This document shows, piece by piece, positions 1-7,777 of a DNA stretch of 34,578 bases. The stretch comes from a virus (Duplodnaviria > Caudoviricetes): positions 1 to 34,578 of IMG/VR virus record IMGVR_UViG_3300048578_000232. One strand, written 5' to 3'. The notes under the pieces were generated by a model. It had not been told where the DNA came from. It did no database searches and was given only the letters and a program-made list of their open reading frames with translations. The position numbers were made by a program, and so were the translations under genes. Position 1 is the first letter of the stretch. Each line of letters opens with the position of its first letter.

Positions 1-86
1 CTGCTGCTTGCATTTCCGCGGACAACCCTGTGAAGCCCTGTTCCAAAATCCCCAGACTTGCCAAAGCCGTCGCCGCGCTGTTGCCG

Positions 87-124
87 AAACGAAAAAGGGG
101 CTGCGACTCACGTCGCAACCCCTT
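87..124 (-). terminator. Rho-independent terminator downstream of the tRNA 3' end
   Basis: Minus strand reads AAGGGGTTGCGAC-GTGA-GTCGCAGCCCCTT-TTTCGTTT: a 13-bp stem with one G-U pair followed by a U-tract, starting 6 nt after the CCA. Confidence 0.8.
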
Positions 125-130
125 GAAAGA

Positions 131-178
131 TGGTGGGCAATACAGGATTCGAACCTGTGGCCTTTGGCTCCGGAGGCT
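131..178 (-). pseudogene. 3' half of tRNA-Arg(CCG); prophage att core duplication
   Basis: Minus strand reads GC-CTCCGGA-GCCAA-AGGC-CACAGG-TTCGAAT-CCTGT-ATTGCCC-A-CCA, giving the CCG anticodon loop, T-arm, acceptor 3' strand and CCA. Pairing is lost within the 5' anticodon stem, and no D-arm or 5' acceptor strand is present. Confidence 0.85.
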
Positions 179-281
179 ATCACCCCGCCTCGTTTTTAGC
201 TCTATCATCCACTGAATATTACGTTTTTTCTGAATACTCCATCTGCTTCCCCCCGTCGCACACGGCTTCATCCGTCGGTCT

Positions 282-307
282 CGTTAGCCCGCCCGTTAGC
301 CGGTTAG
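282..307. repeat. Direct repeats CGTTAGCC (282, 294) plus partial GTTAG (303); possible integrase arm-type sites
   Basis: Two exact 8-mers at 12-bp spacing, about 100 bp inside the att core. Function is inferred from position. Confidence 0.4.
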
Positions 308-341
308 GTGTCCATTCCCTTACCTGGACTGCATATGTCGT

Positions 342-419
342 CGCCCCGGTCGGGGTTGGCGTACGTCTATGGCCCCGCGCTGGGGCAGGACAACCGACGC
401 GCCAACCCCGACCGGGGCG
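342..419. repeat. Perfect 20-bp inverted repeat enclosing a smaller hairpin
   Basis: CGCCCCGGTCGGGGTTGGCG (342-361) pairs with CGCCAACCCCGACCGGGGCG (400-419). Internal GCCCC/GGGGC pair at 372-386. Confidence 0.85.
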
Positions 420-533
420 TTCCGCTCGCCGCGCGCAGCGCGGCGCTCCTCGCCGTCGCCCCCTCCCCCCTCCTTTCTCCTCAAAACCGACCAGCGATGT
501 CCTGGCGGCCTGTCAGTCTGACGGCCTCTTCGC

Positions 534-625
534 GGGTCCTTCCCCGGCCTCGGAAATAGCCGCGCGCGTCGGGTGCGGGGGGTCGCGGAATTTGGCGGAA
601 AAAATCTGGCGGAAAAACGGAAAAA
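534..625 (+). other. Candidate lambda-like cos packaging site (cosQ-cosN-cosB-like)
   Basis: GGGTCCT at 534-540 is identical to lambda cosQ. CG-GGTGCGGGGGGT-CGCGG at 570-588 resembles lambda CG-GGGCGGCGACCT-CGCGG. Repeats TGGCGGAAAAA at 593 and 607 and CGGAAAAA at 618 follow. The element encodes a GpA-type terminase. Confidence 0.5.
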
Positions 626-665
626 CTTTCGGGGACCAACCCTCTAGCCGACAGGATGCCTCTGC

Positions 666-2294
666 ATGTCTGACCAGATGAACGATCCGACTCCCGAGGA
701 AATCGCGGCCGCCAGGGCTGCGGTAGAGGGGCGCGTGAAAGAGGAGGGCACCGCGGCCTCCCCGTCCGACACCCCCGTGGTCGACCACGAGTTCGTGAAG
801 CGCTGCCTCTACGCCGGCCAAAAGGGCGACGGCCTCATGTACGCCGCGCTTAATCGCGGGCGTTTGCTGTGCGTGGCCGAGCTCAAAAATCAGTGGTTCG
901 AGTGGACCGGCTCCTACTGGAAGCAGGTCACGACCTATCGGGCCGAGGCGGCTGTCGAGACGGTGGTGTCCCGCTACGAGGAGGCGCGGGCGCTTGTCCA
1001 GACGCAGATCGCCGAGGCCAAGGTCGCGCGCGACAACGAGTCCGAGAAGCGCCTCGAGCGTCTGGAGAAGCGGCTGCGCAAAAACGTCGACGACTTGCGC
1101 GAGGGTTCGGGGGTGACGGCGGCCCTGCGGTTTGCCCTCTCCAACGAGGATCCGCTGCTGGCCCGCATGGAGGATTTCGACGCCGACCCCTTCCTGCTCG
1201 GGGTGGCCAACGGCGTGGTGGATCAGCGCACCGGCGAGTTCCGGGCGGCCCGGCCCACGGACATGCTCCAGCGCACCTGCGGCGTGGAGTGGGCGGGCAT
1301 CGATGCGCCGTGCCCGACCTGGGAGGCTTTCGTCCAGGAGATCGTGGGCGAGGACGCCGAGGTGGCCGGGTTCCTCCAGCGCGTTTTCGGCTACGCCATC
1401 ACGGGCCTGTCGTCGGAGCCGCTGTTTGTGGTGCTGGCCGGTGAGGGCCGCAACGGCAAGACCGTCCTCATCGAGACCCTGGGCAAGGTGCTTGGCAACT
1501 ACATGGCGCCCATCGGCGCGGAGCTGCTCCTGGATCAGGGGCAGGCCCGGGACGTGGACAAGCCGACGCCGACGATCATGAGCCTCAACGGTCTGCGCGT
1601 GGCCTACGCCGCCGAGACCGACGACAACCGGCGCTTTTCGGTGTCGCGCGTCAAATGGCTGTCGGGCGACGACCGCCTCACCGGCCGCTACATGTGGGAT
1701 CGGGACCCGACCTCGTTCTACCCGACCCACACGCTTTTCCTGCTCACCAACCACCGGCCGCACGCCGCCGCCCATGAGTACGCCTTTTGGGATCGGCTGC
1801 GCCTGGTCAATTTTCCCTACCGCTACGTCGACAATCCCAAAGCCGAGAATGAGCGCCTGCGCGACCGCACCTTGCCGGCTCGCCTGGAGGCGGAGCTGCC
1901 CGGCATCCTGGCCTGGCTGGTGCGCGGCTGCCTGCTCTGGCAGTCGGCCGGCATCGCGCCGCCCCAGTCCGTGCTGGCCGCCACCGAGGATTACAAACGC
2001 GACGAGGACCACCTCCAGGATTTCGTCGAGGAGTGCCTCGACCAGGCCGGCCCCGAGGATCGGGTGAGCGCCAGCGACGTCTACGACCTCTACACCCGCT
2101 GGCATCTCAAGCAGCGCGGCAAATACGTCCCGACCATGCACACCTTCGGCAAGCACCTCGGCCGCAAGGTCCAAAAGCAAAAGGTGGGCGGAAACGTCTA
2201 CTACTACGGCGTGCAGCTCAATCCAATTGCCCAGGATAATTACCCAAAAAAGACCAGCGGCAAAGGCGGCGGCAATGATCTCGGCAACTGGTGA
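666..2294 (+). CDS. P4/D5-family SF3 helicase (phage/plasmid primase C-terminal family, no primase domain)
   Basis: D5_N-like segment (DADPFLLGVANGVVD), Walker A GEGRNGKT, and LRVAYAAE, LSGDD, LLTNHRP, WDRLRLVNF motifs; probable C-terminal winged helix. Alternative start at 678. Confidence 0.9.
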   Translation: MSDQMNDPTPEEIAAARAAVEGRVKEEGTAASPSDTPVVDHEFVKRCLYAGQKGDGLMYAALNRGRLLCVAELKNQWFEWTGSYWKQVTTYRAEAAVETVVSRYEEARALVQTQIAEAKVARDNESEKRLERLEKRLRKNVDDLREGSGVTAALRFALSNEDPLLARMEDFDADPFLLGVANGVVDQRTGEFRAARPTDMLQRTCGVEWAGIDAPCPTWEAFVQEIVGEDAEVAGFLQRVFGYAITGLSSEPLFVVLAGEGRNGKTVLIETLGKVLGNYMAPIGAELLLDQGQARDVDKPTPTIMSLNGLRVAYAAETDDNRRFSVSRVKWLSGDDRLTGRYMWDRDPTSFYPTHTLFLLTNHRPHAAAHEYAFWDRLRLVNFPYRYVDNPKAENERLRDRTLPARLEAELPGILAWLVRGCLLWQSAGIAPPQSVLAATEDYKRDEDHLQDFVEECLDQAGPEDRVSASDVYDLYTRWHLKQRGKYVPTMHTFGKHLGRKVQKQKVGGNVYYYGVQLNPIAQDNYPKKTSGKGGGNDLGNW

Positions 2295-2548
2295 GCCAGG
2301 ACAAAGGACCTCGCCAGGACATTTGCCGCTGGAATGTCCTGGGGGCGGGAAGGGGCGTCAACCCTGGATGGAGTGGTGCGCCAGGACATCAGGACGCCGC
2401 CCCCTAATGCTCGCCAAAAATGTTGACTGCGGCTCAGAGCATACCATGTCCTCCTGTCCTATCGTCCTACTCTCTAAAAAAGAGAAAGGTAATAATAGGT
2501 TAGAGGCAGGACATTGCCAGGACATTGCCAGGACAACAGGACATTGCC
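2295..2548. repeat. Putative replication origin with AGGAC iterons
   Basis: 13 AGGAC/GTCCT cores in both orientations, tandem 11-mers CAGGACATTGC (2507, 2518, 2537) and an AT-rich tract at about 2469-2503, between helicase and primase. Confidence 0.75.
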
Positions 2549-4264
2549 ATGGCCGCTGATCTGCTTGGACTGTTTGAGGCACACGGGCTGGTGCCGAAGA
2601 AGGAAAGCGGCACGTCGTGGGGCGCGCCGTGCCCGGCCTGCGGGGGAAATGACCGGTGCGTCATCAAGCCGGCCGATCACGACGGCCGGGGCGGGTACTT
2701 CTGCCGGCGTTGCGGCGTCTACGGCGACGCCATCCAGTTCCTGCGCGATTACGAGGGCATGAGCTACGCCGAGGCTTGCAAACGCCTGGGCGTGGCCGTG
2801 GCCCGGTCGGTCCCGTCGTTGCCGCGCGTCCCGCGCCAGCCGGCCGGGCAGGAGCCGTTTACGGCCGTGCCGTCGGAGTCGCCCGAGGCGGTTTGGCAGG
2901 CCAAGGCGTCGACGTTCACGGCCTGGGCCCATCAGCATCTGCTGGCCCATCCCCGCTGGCTGGAGTGGCTGGCCGCGCGCGGCCTGCCGCTGGAGGCGGT
3001 GCAGCGCTACCGCCTCGGCTACAATCCCGGCGACAAGGGCAAGACCTGCCTGATCCGCCCCCGCTCCTCCTGGGGGCTGCCGCCCCTGGAGCCCAAGCCG
3101 GCCAAGGACGGCGAGGCCCCGGCCAAGCCGAAAACCACGTTTTGGATCCCGCGCGGCGTGGTCATCCCCCAGCTGTCGGCCGATCCGGACGGCCCGGTGC
3201 GCCGACTGCGCATCCGCCGTCCCGACGAGGACCGCCGGAAATTCAAGGAAGAGACCAAGTACTACGTCATTCCCGGCAGCTCCATGGACGCCATGATCCT
3301 GGGCCCCGAGTCCCAGGCGTTTGTGGTGGTCGAGTCCGAGCTCGACGCGCTCATGCTGCACCACCACGTCGGCGACCTGGTCGGCGTGGTCAGCATCCAG
3401 ACAGCCAACGTCCGCAAGATCGCGGCCGACGTCCACGCGGCCCTGTCCCGGGCGCTGTGCATCCTGGTCGCCCTCGACGCCGAGGGAGCCGGCGGGGCCG
3501 GGGCCAAGGGCTGGGCCCGCTGGGCCGCGAGTTTCCCGCGCGCCAAACGCTGGCCCTGCCCGGTGGGCAAGGACCCGGGCGAGGCCTTTGAGCGGGGTGC
3601 GAACCTGCGCGCCTGGGTCATGGCCGGGCTGCCGCCGGCGCTGCTTTCAGGACGTTTGCGGCCTGGACGGTCGGCCCAAGGGGAGGGGGAGAACCGGGAG
3701 GAAGATGCGGCGGCGGCCGTGAGCGCGGCGGAAGCGGTGGCCGTGGGCGCGGCGGAAGCGGCGGCCGTGTCAACCCAAACGCCGGAGTTGTCGCCCGAAA
3801 CGGCGACCGAGGGCCAGGGCGGCGCGGCGGCGTCAACCGCGACCGCGCCGGAGGCGCTGCCGGCGGTGCGCTGGCTCGCGCCGGATTACGGCGACGCGGC
3901 CGACGTCGTGCCGATCCGCGAGCTGGTGGCGGCCATGGCGGCGGCCCGGGTCGAGCCGGTGCTGCTCGCCGGCGTCACCCGCGACGACGAGCGCGTCCTG
4001 GCCCTCACCCATGGCGGCCAGGTGTCGGAAGCGACGCTGGCCGAGATCGCGCGACTGTTTTTCGACGTTTGCCTCGAGGCTGTGCTGGCGTTTGCCAACC
4101 GGCCGGGGCTGCGGGCCACGCGAGATTTGGCGGAGGCGCGGGGCTTGGCCTCCGGCCGCGAGGAGTCGGCGGCCATCGTGCGGCGCGGCCCGGGCGCGAG
4201 CCTGGAATTTTCGGGGTGGGCCAACCTGGCCTACTGGCGCGGCCAGAGGGCGGCGCAGGGTTAA
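2549..4264 (+). CDS. DNA primase: Zn-ribbon + TOPRIM, with C-terminal extension of unknown function
   Basis: Zinc motif CPACGG..CRRC and GDAIQFL; TOPRIM motifs VVVESELDAL, LVALDAE and GKDPGE. ATG 2549 chosen because upstream codons lie inside the iterons. Confidence 0.85.
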   Translation: MAADLLGLFEAHGLVPKKESGTSWGAPCPACGGNDRCVIKPADHDGRGGYFCRRCGVYGDAIQFLRDYEGMSYAEACKRLGVAVARSVPSLPRVPRQPAGQEPFTAVPSESPEAVWQAKASTFTAWAHQHLLAHPRWLEWLAARGLPLEAVQRYRLGYNPGDKGKTCLIRPRSSWGLPPLEPKPAKDGEAPAKPKTTFWIPRGVVIPQLSADPDGPVRRLRIRRPDEDRRKFKEETKYYVIPGSSMDAMILGPESQAFVVVESELDALMLHHHVGDLVGVVSIQTANVRKIAADVHAALSRALCILVALDAEGAGGAGAKGWARWAASFPRAKRWPCPVGKDPGEAFERGANLRAWVMAGLPPALLSGRLRPGRSAQGEGENREEDAAAAVSAAEAVAVGAAEAAAVSTQTPELSPETATEGQGGAAASTATAPEALPAVRWLAPDYGDAADVVPIRELVAAMAAARVEPVLLAGVTRDDERVLALTHGGQVSEATLAEIARLFFDVCLEAVLAFANRPGLRATRDLAEARGLASGREESAAIVRRGPGASLEFSGWANLAYWRGQRAAQG

Positions 4265-4265
4265 G

Positions 4266-4387
4266 TGGAGGGCTGCCGACCGGAGTTGCAGCTCCAGCCG
4301 GCGGCCGGATGTGCGGGGACGTCCGACCAGGGAACCCCAACCCTCCAGCCATGCATGGCCCGGAGGAGGTAGCACGGGGACTGACGG
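4266..4387 (+). promoter_or_regulatory. Structured leader upstream of the methyltransferase gene
   Basis: TGGAGGG (4266) can pair with CCCTCCA (4341), enclosing stems GGCTGCCG/CGGCGGCC, GGAGT/GCTCC and CGGATGT/ACGTCCG. Palindrome GCCATGCATGGC at 4348-4359. Confidence 0.4.
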
Positions 4388-5722
4388 ATGCAAACCATGA
4401 CGCTCGAATATTGGCCGGTGGACCGGCTGCGGCCCTACGAACGGGGGCTGCGCCGGCACGGCCGCGAAGCGGTGGCGCGGATGGTGGAGTCGATCAGGGA
4501 ATACGGATTCCGGGTGCCGGTGCTGGCCCGGGCCTGTGGCGAGGTGGTCAACGGCCATCTCTGCCTCGCGGCCGCCAAGCGCCTGGCCCTCGAATCCGTG
4601 CCCGTCCTGCTGGTCGACGGCTTGACCGACGCGCAGATCCGCGCCTTTAGGCTCCTCGTCAACCGCTCGGCCACCTGGTCGGCCTGGGATGACGAGGCCC
4701 TGGCCCTGGAGCTGGCCGAGCTGCGCGACCTGAACGTGGCTCTCGATCTGACCGGTTTTGCCGTGGACGAGCTGGACGATCTGCTGGCGCTCCTGCCCGG
4801 GGCCGGCCGCACCGATCCCGACGACGTGCCGCCGCTGCCCGAGACGCCGGCCACCCGGCCGGGCGAAGTCTGGCGGCTGGGGCGGCATCGGCTGCTGTGC
4901 GGCGACGCCACGGCGCCCGAGGCCTACGCGGCGCTGCTCGGCGGCGAGCGGCCGGAGCTGTGCCTCACCGATCCGCCCTACAACGTGGCCGTCGAGGGCC
5001 GGGCCGGCAAGATCCTCAACGACGACATGAGCGCGGCCGCGTTCCGCCAGTTCCTGGGCCGGGTGTTCGATTGCCTCTACGTCGCCCTGGCCGACGGCGC
5101 GTCGGCCTACGTGGCCCACTCGGACACCGAGGGGCTCACGTTTCGTGAGTCGTTCACGGTCGCCGGCTTCCGGCTGGCCTCGTGCCTCATCTGGCGCAAA
5201 AACGTCCACGTGCTTGGCCGCTCCGACTACCACTGGCAGCACGAGCCGATCCTCTACGGCTGGAAACCGACCGGTGCCCACGGCTGGTTCGGCGGCCGCC
5301 GCCAGTCCACCATCCTCGAGGCCCTGCCCGGCGCGGTGCTGCTGCCGGACGGCCGGGTGCAGATCCCGGCCGGCGACGACGTCTACCTCGTCTCGGGACA
5401 GGATCTTACCGTGGAGGTCGCGCCCGGCACCATCGTCAGCGTCAACAAGCCGGCCCGAAACGACGATCACCCGACCATGAAGCCGGTGGCGCTGCTCGAG
5501 CGGCTGCTGCGCAATTCCAGCCGCCCCGGCGGGCTGGTCATCGATCCTTTCGGAGGCTCCGGATCCACGCTCATGGCCTGCGAGGGCCTGGGCCGGGTCT
5601 GCCGCACCATCGAACTGGACCCCCGCTTTTGCGATGTCATCGTGCGGCGCTGGCAGGACCACACCGGCGGCGTGGCCGTGGCCCTGGACGGCCGGCCGTT
5701 TCCAGCAGGGGGCGCGGCATGA
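4388..5722 (+). CDS. ParB-like N-terminal domain + N6-A/N4-C DNA methyltransferase
   Basis: ParB-like LRPYE..SIREYGFRVPVL..NGH; catalytic TDPPYN, HPTMKP and SAM-binding DPFGGSGST (motif IV before motif I, beta-class order). Confidence 0.93.
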   Translation: MQTMTLEYWPVDRLRPYERGLRRHGREAVARMVESIREYGFRVPVLARACGEVVNGHLCLAAAKRLALESVPVLLVDGLTDAQIRAFRLLVNRSATWSAWDDEALALELAELRDLNVALDLTGFAVDELDDLLALLPGAGRTDPDDVPPLPETPATRPGEVWRLGRHRLLCGDATAPEAYAALLGGERPELCLTDPPYNVAVEGRAGKILNDDMSAAAFRQFLGRVFDCLYVALADGASAYVAHSDTEGLTFRESFTVAGFRLASCLIWRKNVHVLGRSDYHWQHEPILYGWKPTGAHGWFGGRRQSTILEALPGAVLLPDGRVQIPAGDDVYLVSGQDLTVEVAPGTIVSVNKPARNDDHPTMKPVALLERLLRNSSRPGGLVIDPFGGSGSTLMACEGLGRVCRTIELDPRFCDVIVRRWQDHTGGVAVALDGRPFPAGGAA

Positions 5723-6447
5723 CGGACGATCTCACCCCCTACATCGAGCGCAGCGCGGCCACGGATTTGCCAACGCTGCTGCGCGCCAAGGAAGAGTTGA
5801 AAAAGCGCATGAGAGACGACCCGAGCAAACCCACCGTGGAAGCGTTTCGCGCCGTGCGCGACGAGGTCGACAAGGCTGTTGCCGACCGCCCGGCCGGCGA
5901 GGGGCGGCTTTTCGCCAAGCGGCCCGGGGCGCTGGCCTACCTCCAGGGGCGCGGTTTCGCCATCGGCAAGACCAAATTTTACGACGACTGCAAAGCCGGT
6001 CTGATCCCGACCAATGCCCAGGGCCAGTTCGAGGAGGCGGTGCTGCTGGCCTACGCCGCCAAGTTGCCCGTGGCCGCCAAGGAAGAGGACGGCGCGCTCG
6101 CCGCCGAATCGCGACGGCGGCTGGCGGCCGACGCGGACCACAAGTCCGAGCAGGCGCTGCTGGCGAAAATGCGCCGCGAGAAACTTGAGGGCCAGCTCGT
6201 GCCGCGCGTCGAGGTCGAGCGCGGGCTGGCGGCCCGGGCCCAGTTCTTCCGGGCGCAGATCGAAAACTTCGGCCCGCTGGTCGGCTCCAAGCTCATCGAA
6301 GTCGTGGGCGGCGACGAGGCCAAACTGCCGGCGTTTTTGGAGCTGTGGGAGGAGATGACCGCCGACTGGATGGACGCCTGGTCGGCCGACCGCGAGTTTG
6401 TGGCCGGCCCGGGCGCGGAGGCCGGCGGCGGCGAGGATGCGGCGTAA
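5719..6447 (+). CDS. Probable terminase small subunit (HTH + coiled coil)
   Basis: ATGA overlap with the MTase stop. HTH-like AYLQGRGFAIGKTKFYDD and Nu1-like KMRREKLEGQLVPRVEVE. Confidence 0.6.
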   Translation: MTDDLTPYIERSAATDLPTLLRAKEELKKRMRDDPSKPTVEAFRAVRDEVDKAVADRPAGEGRLFAKRPGALAYLQGRGFAIGKTKFYDDCKAGLIPTNAQGQFEEAVLLAYAAKLPVAAKEEDGALAAESRRRLAADADHKSEQALLAKMRREKLEGQLVPRVEVERGLAARAQFFRAQIENFGPLVGSKLIEVVGGDEAKLPAFLELWEEMTADWMDAWSADREFVAGPGAEAGGGEDAA

Positions 6448-6472
6448 CCCCAAACCCGAGGAGGCGAGAGAG

Positions 6473-7018
6473 ATGAGCGGCAACCCCTGGACCCTGACCT
6501 TTTCCGGCCTGGCTTTCGACCTGGTCGAGCCGACGCCGGACATGGTGTCCATCAAAGACATCGCCCACGCGCTGGCCAACCAGTGCCGGTTCGCCGGCCA
6601 CTCCCGGCGCTACTACTCGGTGGCCGAGCATTGCCTCTACGTCTCCCGGGCGCTGCCGCCGGCGCTACGGCTGCAGGGGCTGCTCCACGACGCGGCCGAG
6701 GCCTACGTCCACGACATCGTGCGGCCGCTCAAGGGGATGCTTCCGGACTACCGGCCCATTGAACTGCGCATCATGAAGGCCATTGCCAGCCGTTTCGACC
6801 TGCCGGTGCATCCGTCCCGAGAGCTTCACGAAGCCGACCAGCGGATGCTGGCCACCGAGGCCGAGCACCTGATGGCGTCGCCGCCCCGGCCCTGGTCGAT
6901 TGGGGCCGAGCCCTACGAGATGCGCGAGATCGGGCTGCGCTACCCCGGCCAGATGGGGCTGCCGCCCGGCGAGGCGCACCGGCGGTTTCTGGAGCGGTTT
7001 TCGGAGCTGGCGGCCTAG
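6473..7018 (+). CDS. HD-domain phosphohydrolase (YfbR-like 5'-deoxynucleotidase family)
   Basis: Motifs DIAHALANQCRFAGH, YSVAEH, LLHDAAEAY and ADQRMLATE. SD GAGGAGG before ATG 6473; alternative start 6437. Confidence 0.88.
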   Translation: MSGNPWTLTFSGLAFDLVEPTPDMVSIKDIAHALANQCRFAGHSRRYYSVAEHCLYVSRALPPALRLQGLLHDAAEAYVHDIVRPLKGMLPDYRPIELRIMKAIASRFDLPVHPSRELHEADQRMLATEAEHLMASPPRPWSIGAEPYEMREIGLRYPGQMGLPPGEAHRRFLERFSELAA

Positions 7019-7020
7019 TC

Positions 7021-7470
7021 ATGGACTATCCTAGCATCGCCATATCCGTGCAACAGCCCTGGGCGTTCTTTCTCGTCAACGGTTTCAAGCCGGTTGAAAA
7101 CCGCACGTGGCCGCTCCCGGAGAAGTACAGAGGTGCCCGGGTGCTCATCCAGGCCAGCGCCCGGCCGCTGTTTCCGTTGGCCGCCGCCCGCGAAACCCTG
7201 GCCGAGATGCACGCCCGTTACGGTATCCCTGGGGGCTGGCGCTTCCCGGAGCTGGGGCGCGGCGTCGGCGGCATTGTGGGCATGGTGCGCCTGGTCGGCT
7301 GCACCCGCGACCACGTCTCACCCTGGGCCATCCGGGGGCAATGGCATTGGCAGGCCGCCGAGGCCCAACCGTTGCCGTTCATGCCCTGCAAAGGCCAGCT
7401 CGGCTTCTTCCGGATCGACTACTCCCTGGCCCGGGCCGAGCAGGGGAGTTTGATGGGGGGCGCGGCGTGA
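7021..7470 (+). CDS. ASCH-domain protein
   Basis: AISVQQPWA..GFKPVENRTW (GxKxxExR motif), GGIVGMV and PCKGQLGFF. Confidence 0.88.
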   Translation: MDYPSIAISVQQPWAFFLVNGFKPVENRTWPLPEKYRGARVLIQASARPLFPLAAARETLAEMHARYGIPGGWRFPELGRGVGGIVGMVRLVGCTRDHVSPWAIRGQWHWQAAEAQPLPFMPCKGQLGFFRIDYSLARAEQGSLMGGAA

Positions 7471-7611
7471 CTGTGACGCTCCCTGGCGCGCTTGGTGTCC
7501 GTAGCCGTCCGTGGCGTCGCTGCCCCGGCCAGCCTCGTGTCGTAGGTTGCTCCGGTGGGGCGGAAAATTTTCCTCCCCACGCCCATCCGTGCCGCGAGGT
7601 AGACCAGCCCC

Positions 7612-7761
7612 ATGGAGCAGCAACCACCCCCAGACGCCGCTGATGAGGCGGCCCGTTGGCGCGAGTACGAACGTCGCAAGCAGCTTGAGATTGAGCGTGA
7701 CCCGGACCCCCAGGAGCTGGCCGCGTTTTGTCGGGCGCTGGCCGAGGAGTTGAGGATTTGA
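7612..7761 (+). CDS. Small helical phage protein (49 aa, not in the ORF track)
   Basis: MEQQPPPDAADEAARWREYERRKQLEIERDPDPQELAAFCRALAEELRI*. GAGGT lies upstream and the ORF fills the operon gap. Confidence 0.55.
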   Translation: MEQQPPPDAADEAARWREYERRKQLEIERDPDPQELAAFCRALAEELRI

Positions 7762-7777
7762 GCGAGGACGCAACATC

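Noticed and set aside
131-207. Intact tRNA gene
   Set aside because: The 5' half (D-arm and 5' acceptor strand) is missing; similarity stops at about 178.
8-681. Short plus-strand ORFs (8-199, 30-215, 130-681, 308-559)
   Set aside because: They cross the terminator, att and repeat elements and have no recognisable motifs.
2295-2548. CRISPR-like array
   Set aside because: Repeats are only 5-11 bp, in both orientations, without regular unique spacers, and no cas genes are present.
6473-7018. DatZ / Z-genome (2-aminoadenine) pathway
   Set aside because: An HD domain alone is not enough; no PurZ, MazZ or dedicated polymerase is visible.
7467-7643. 58-aa ORF starting at the GTGA overlap after the ASCH gene
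   Set aside because: Low-complexity Pro/Arg sequence with atypical codons that overlaps the better 7612-7761 ORF; not excluded but unsupported.
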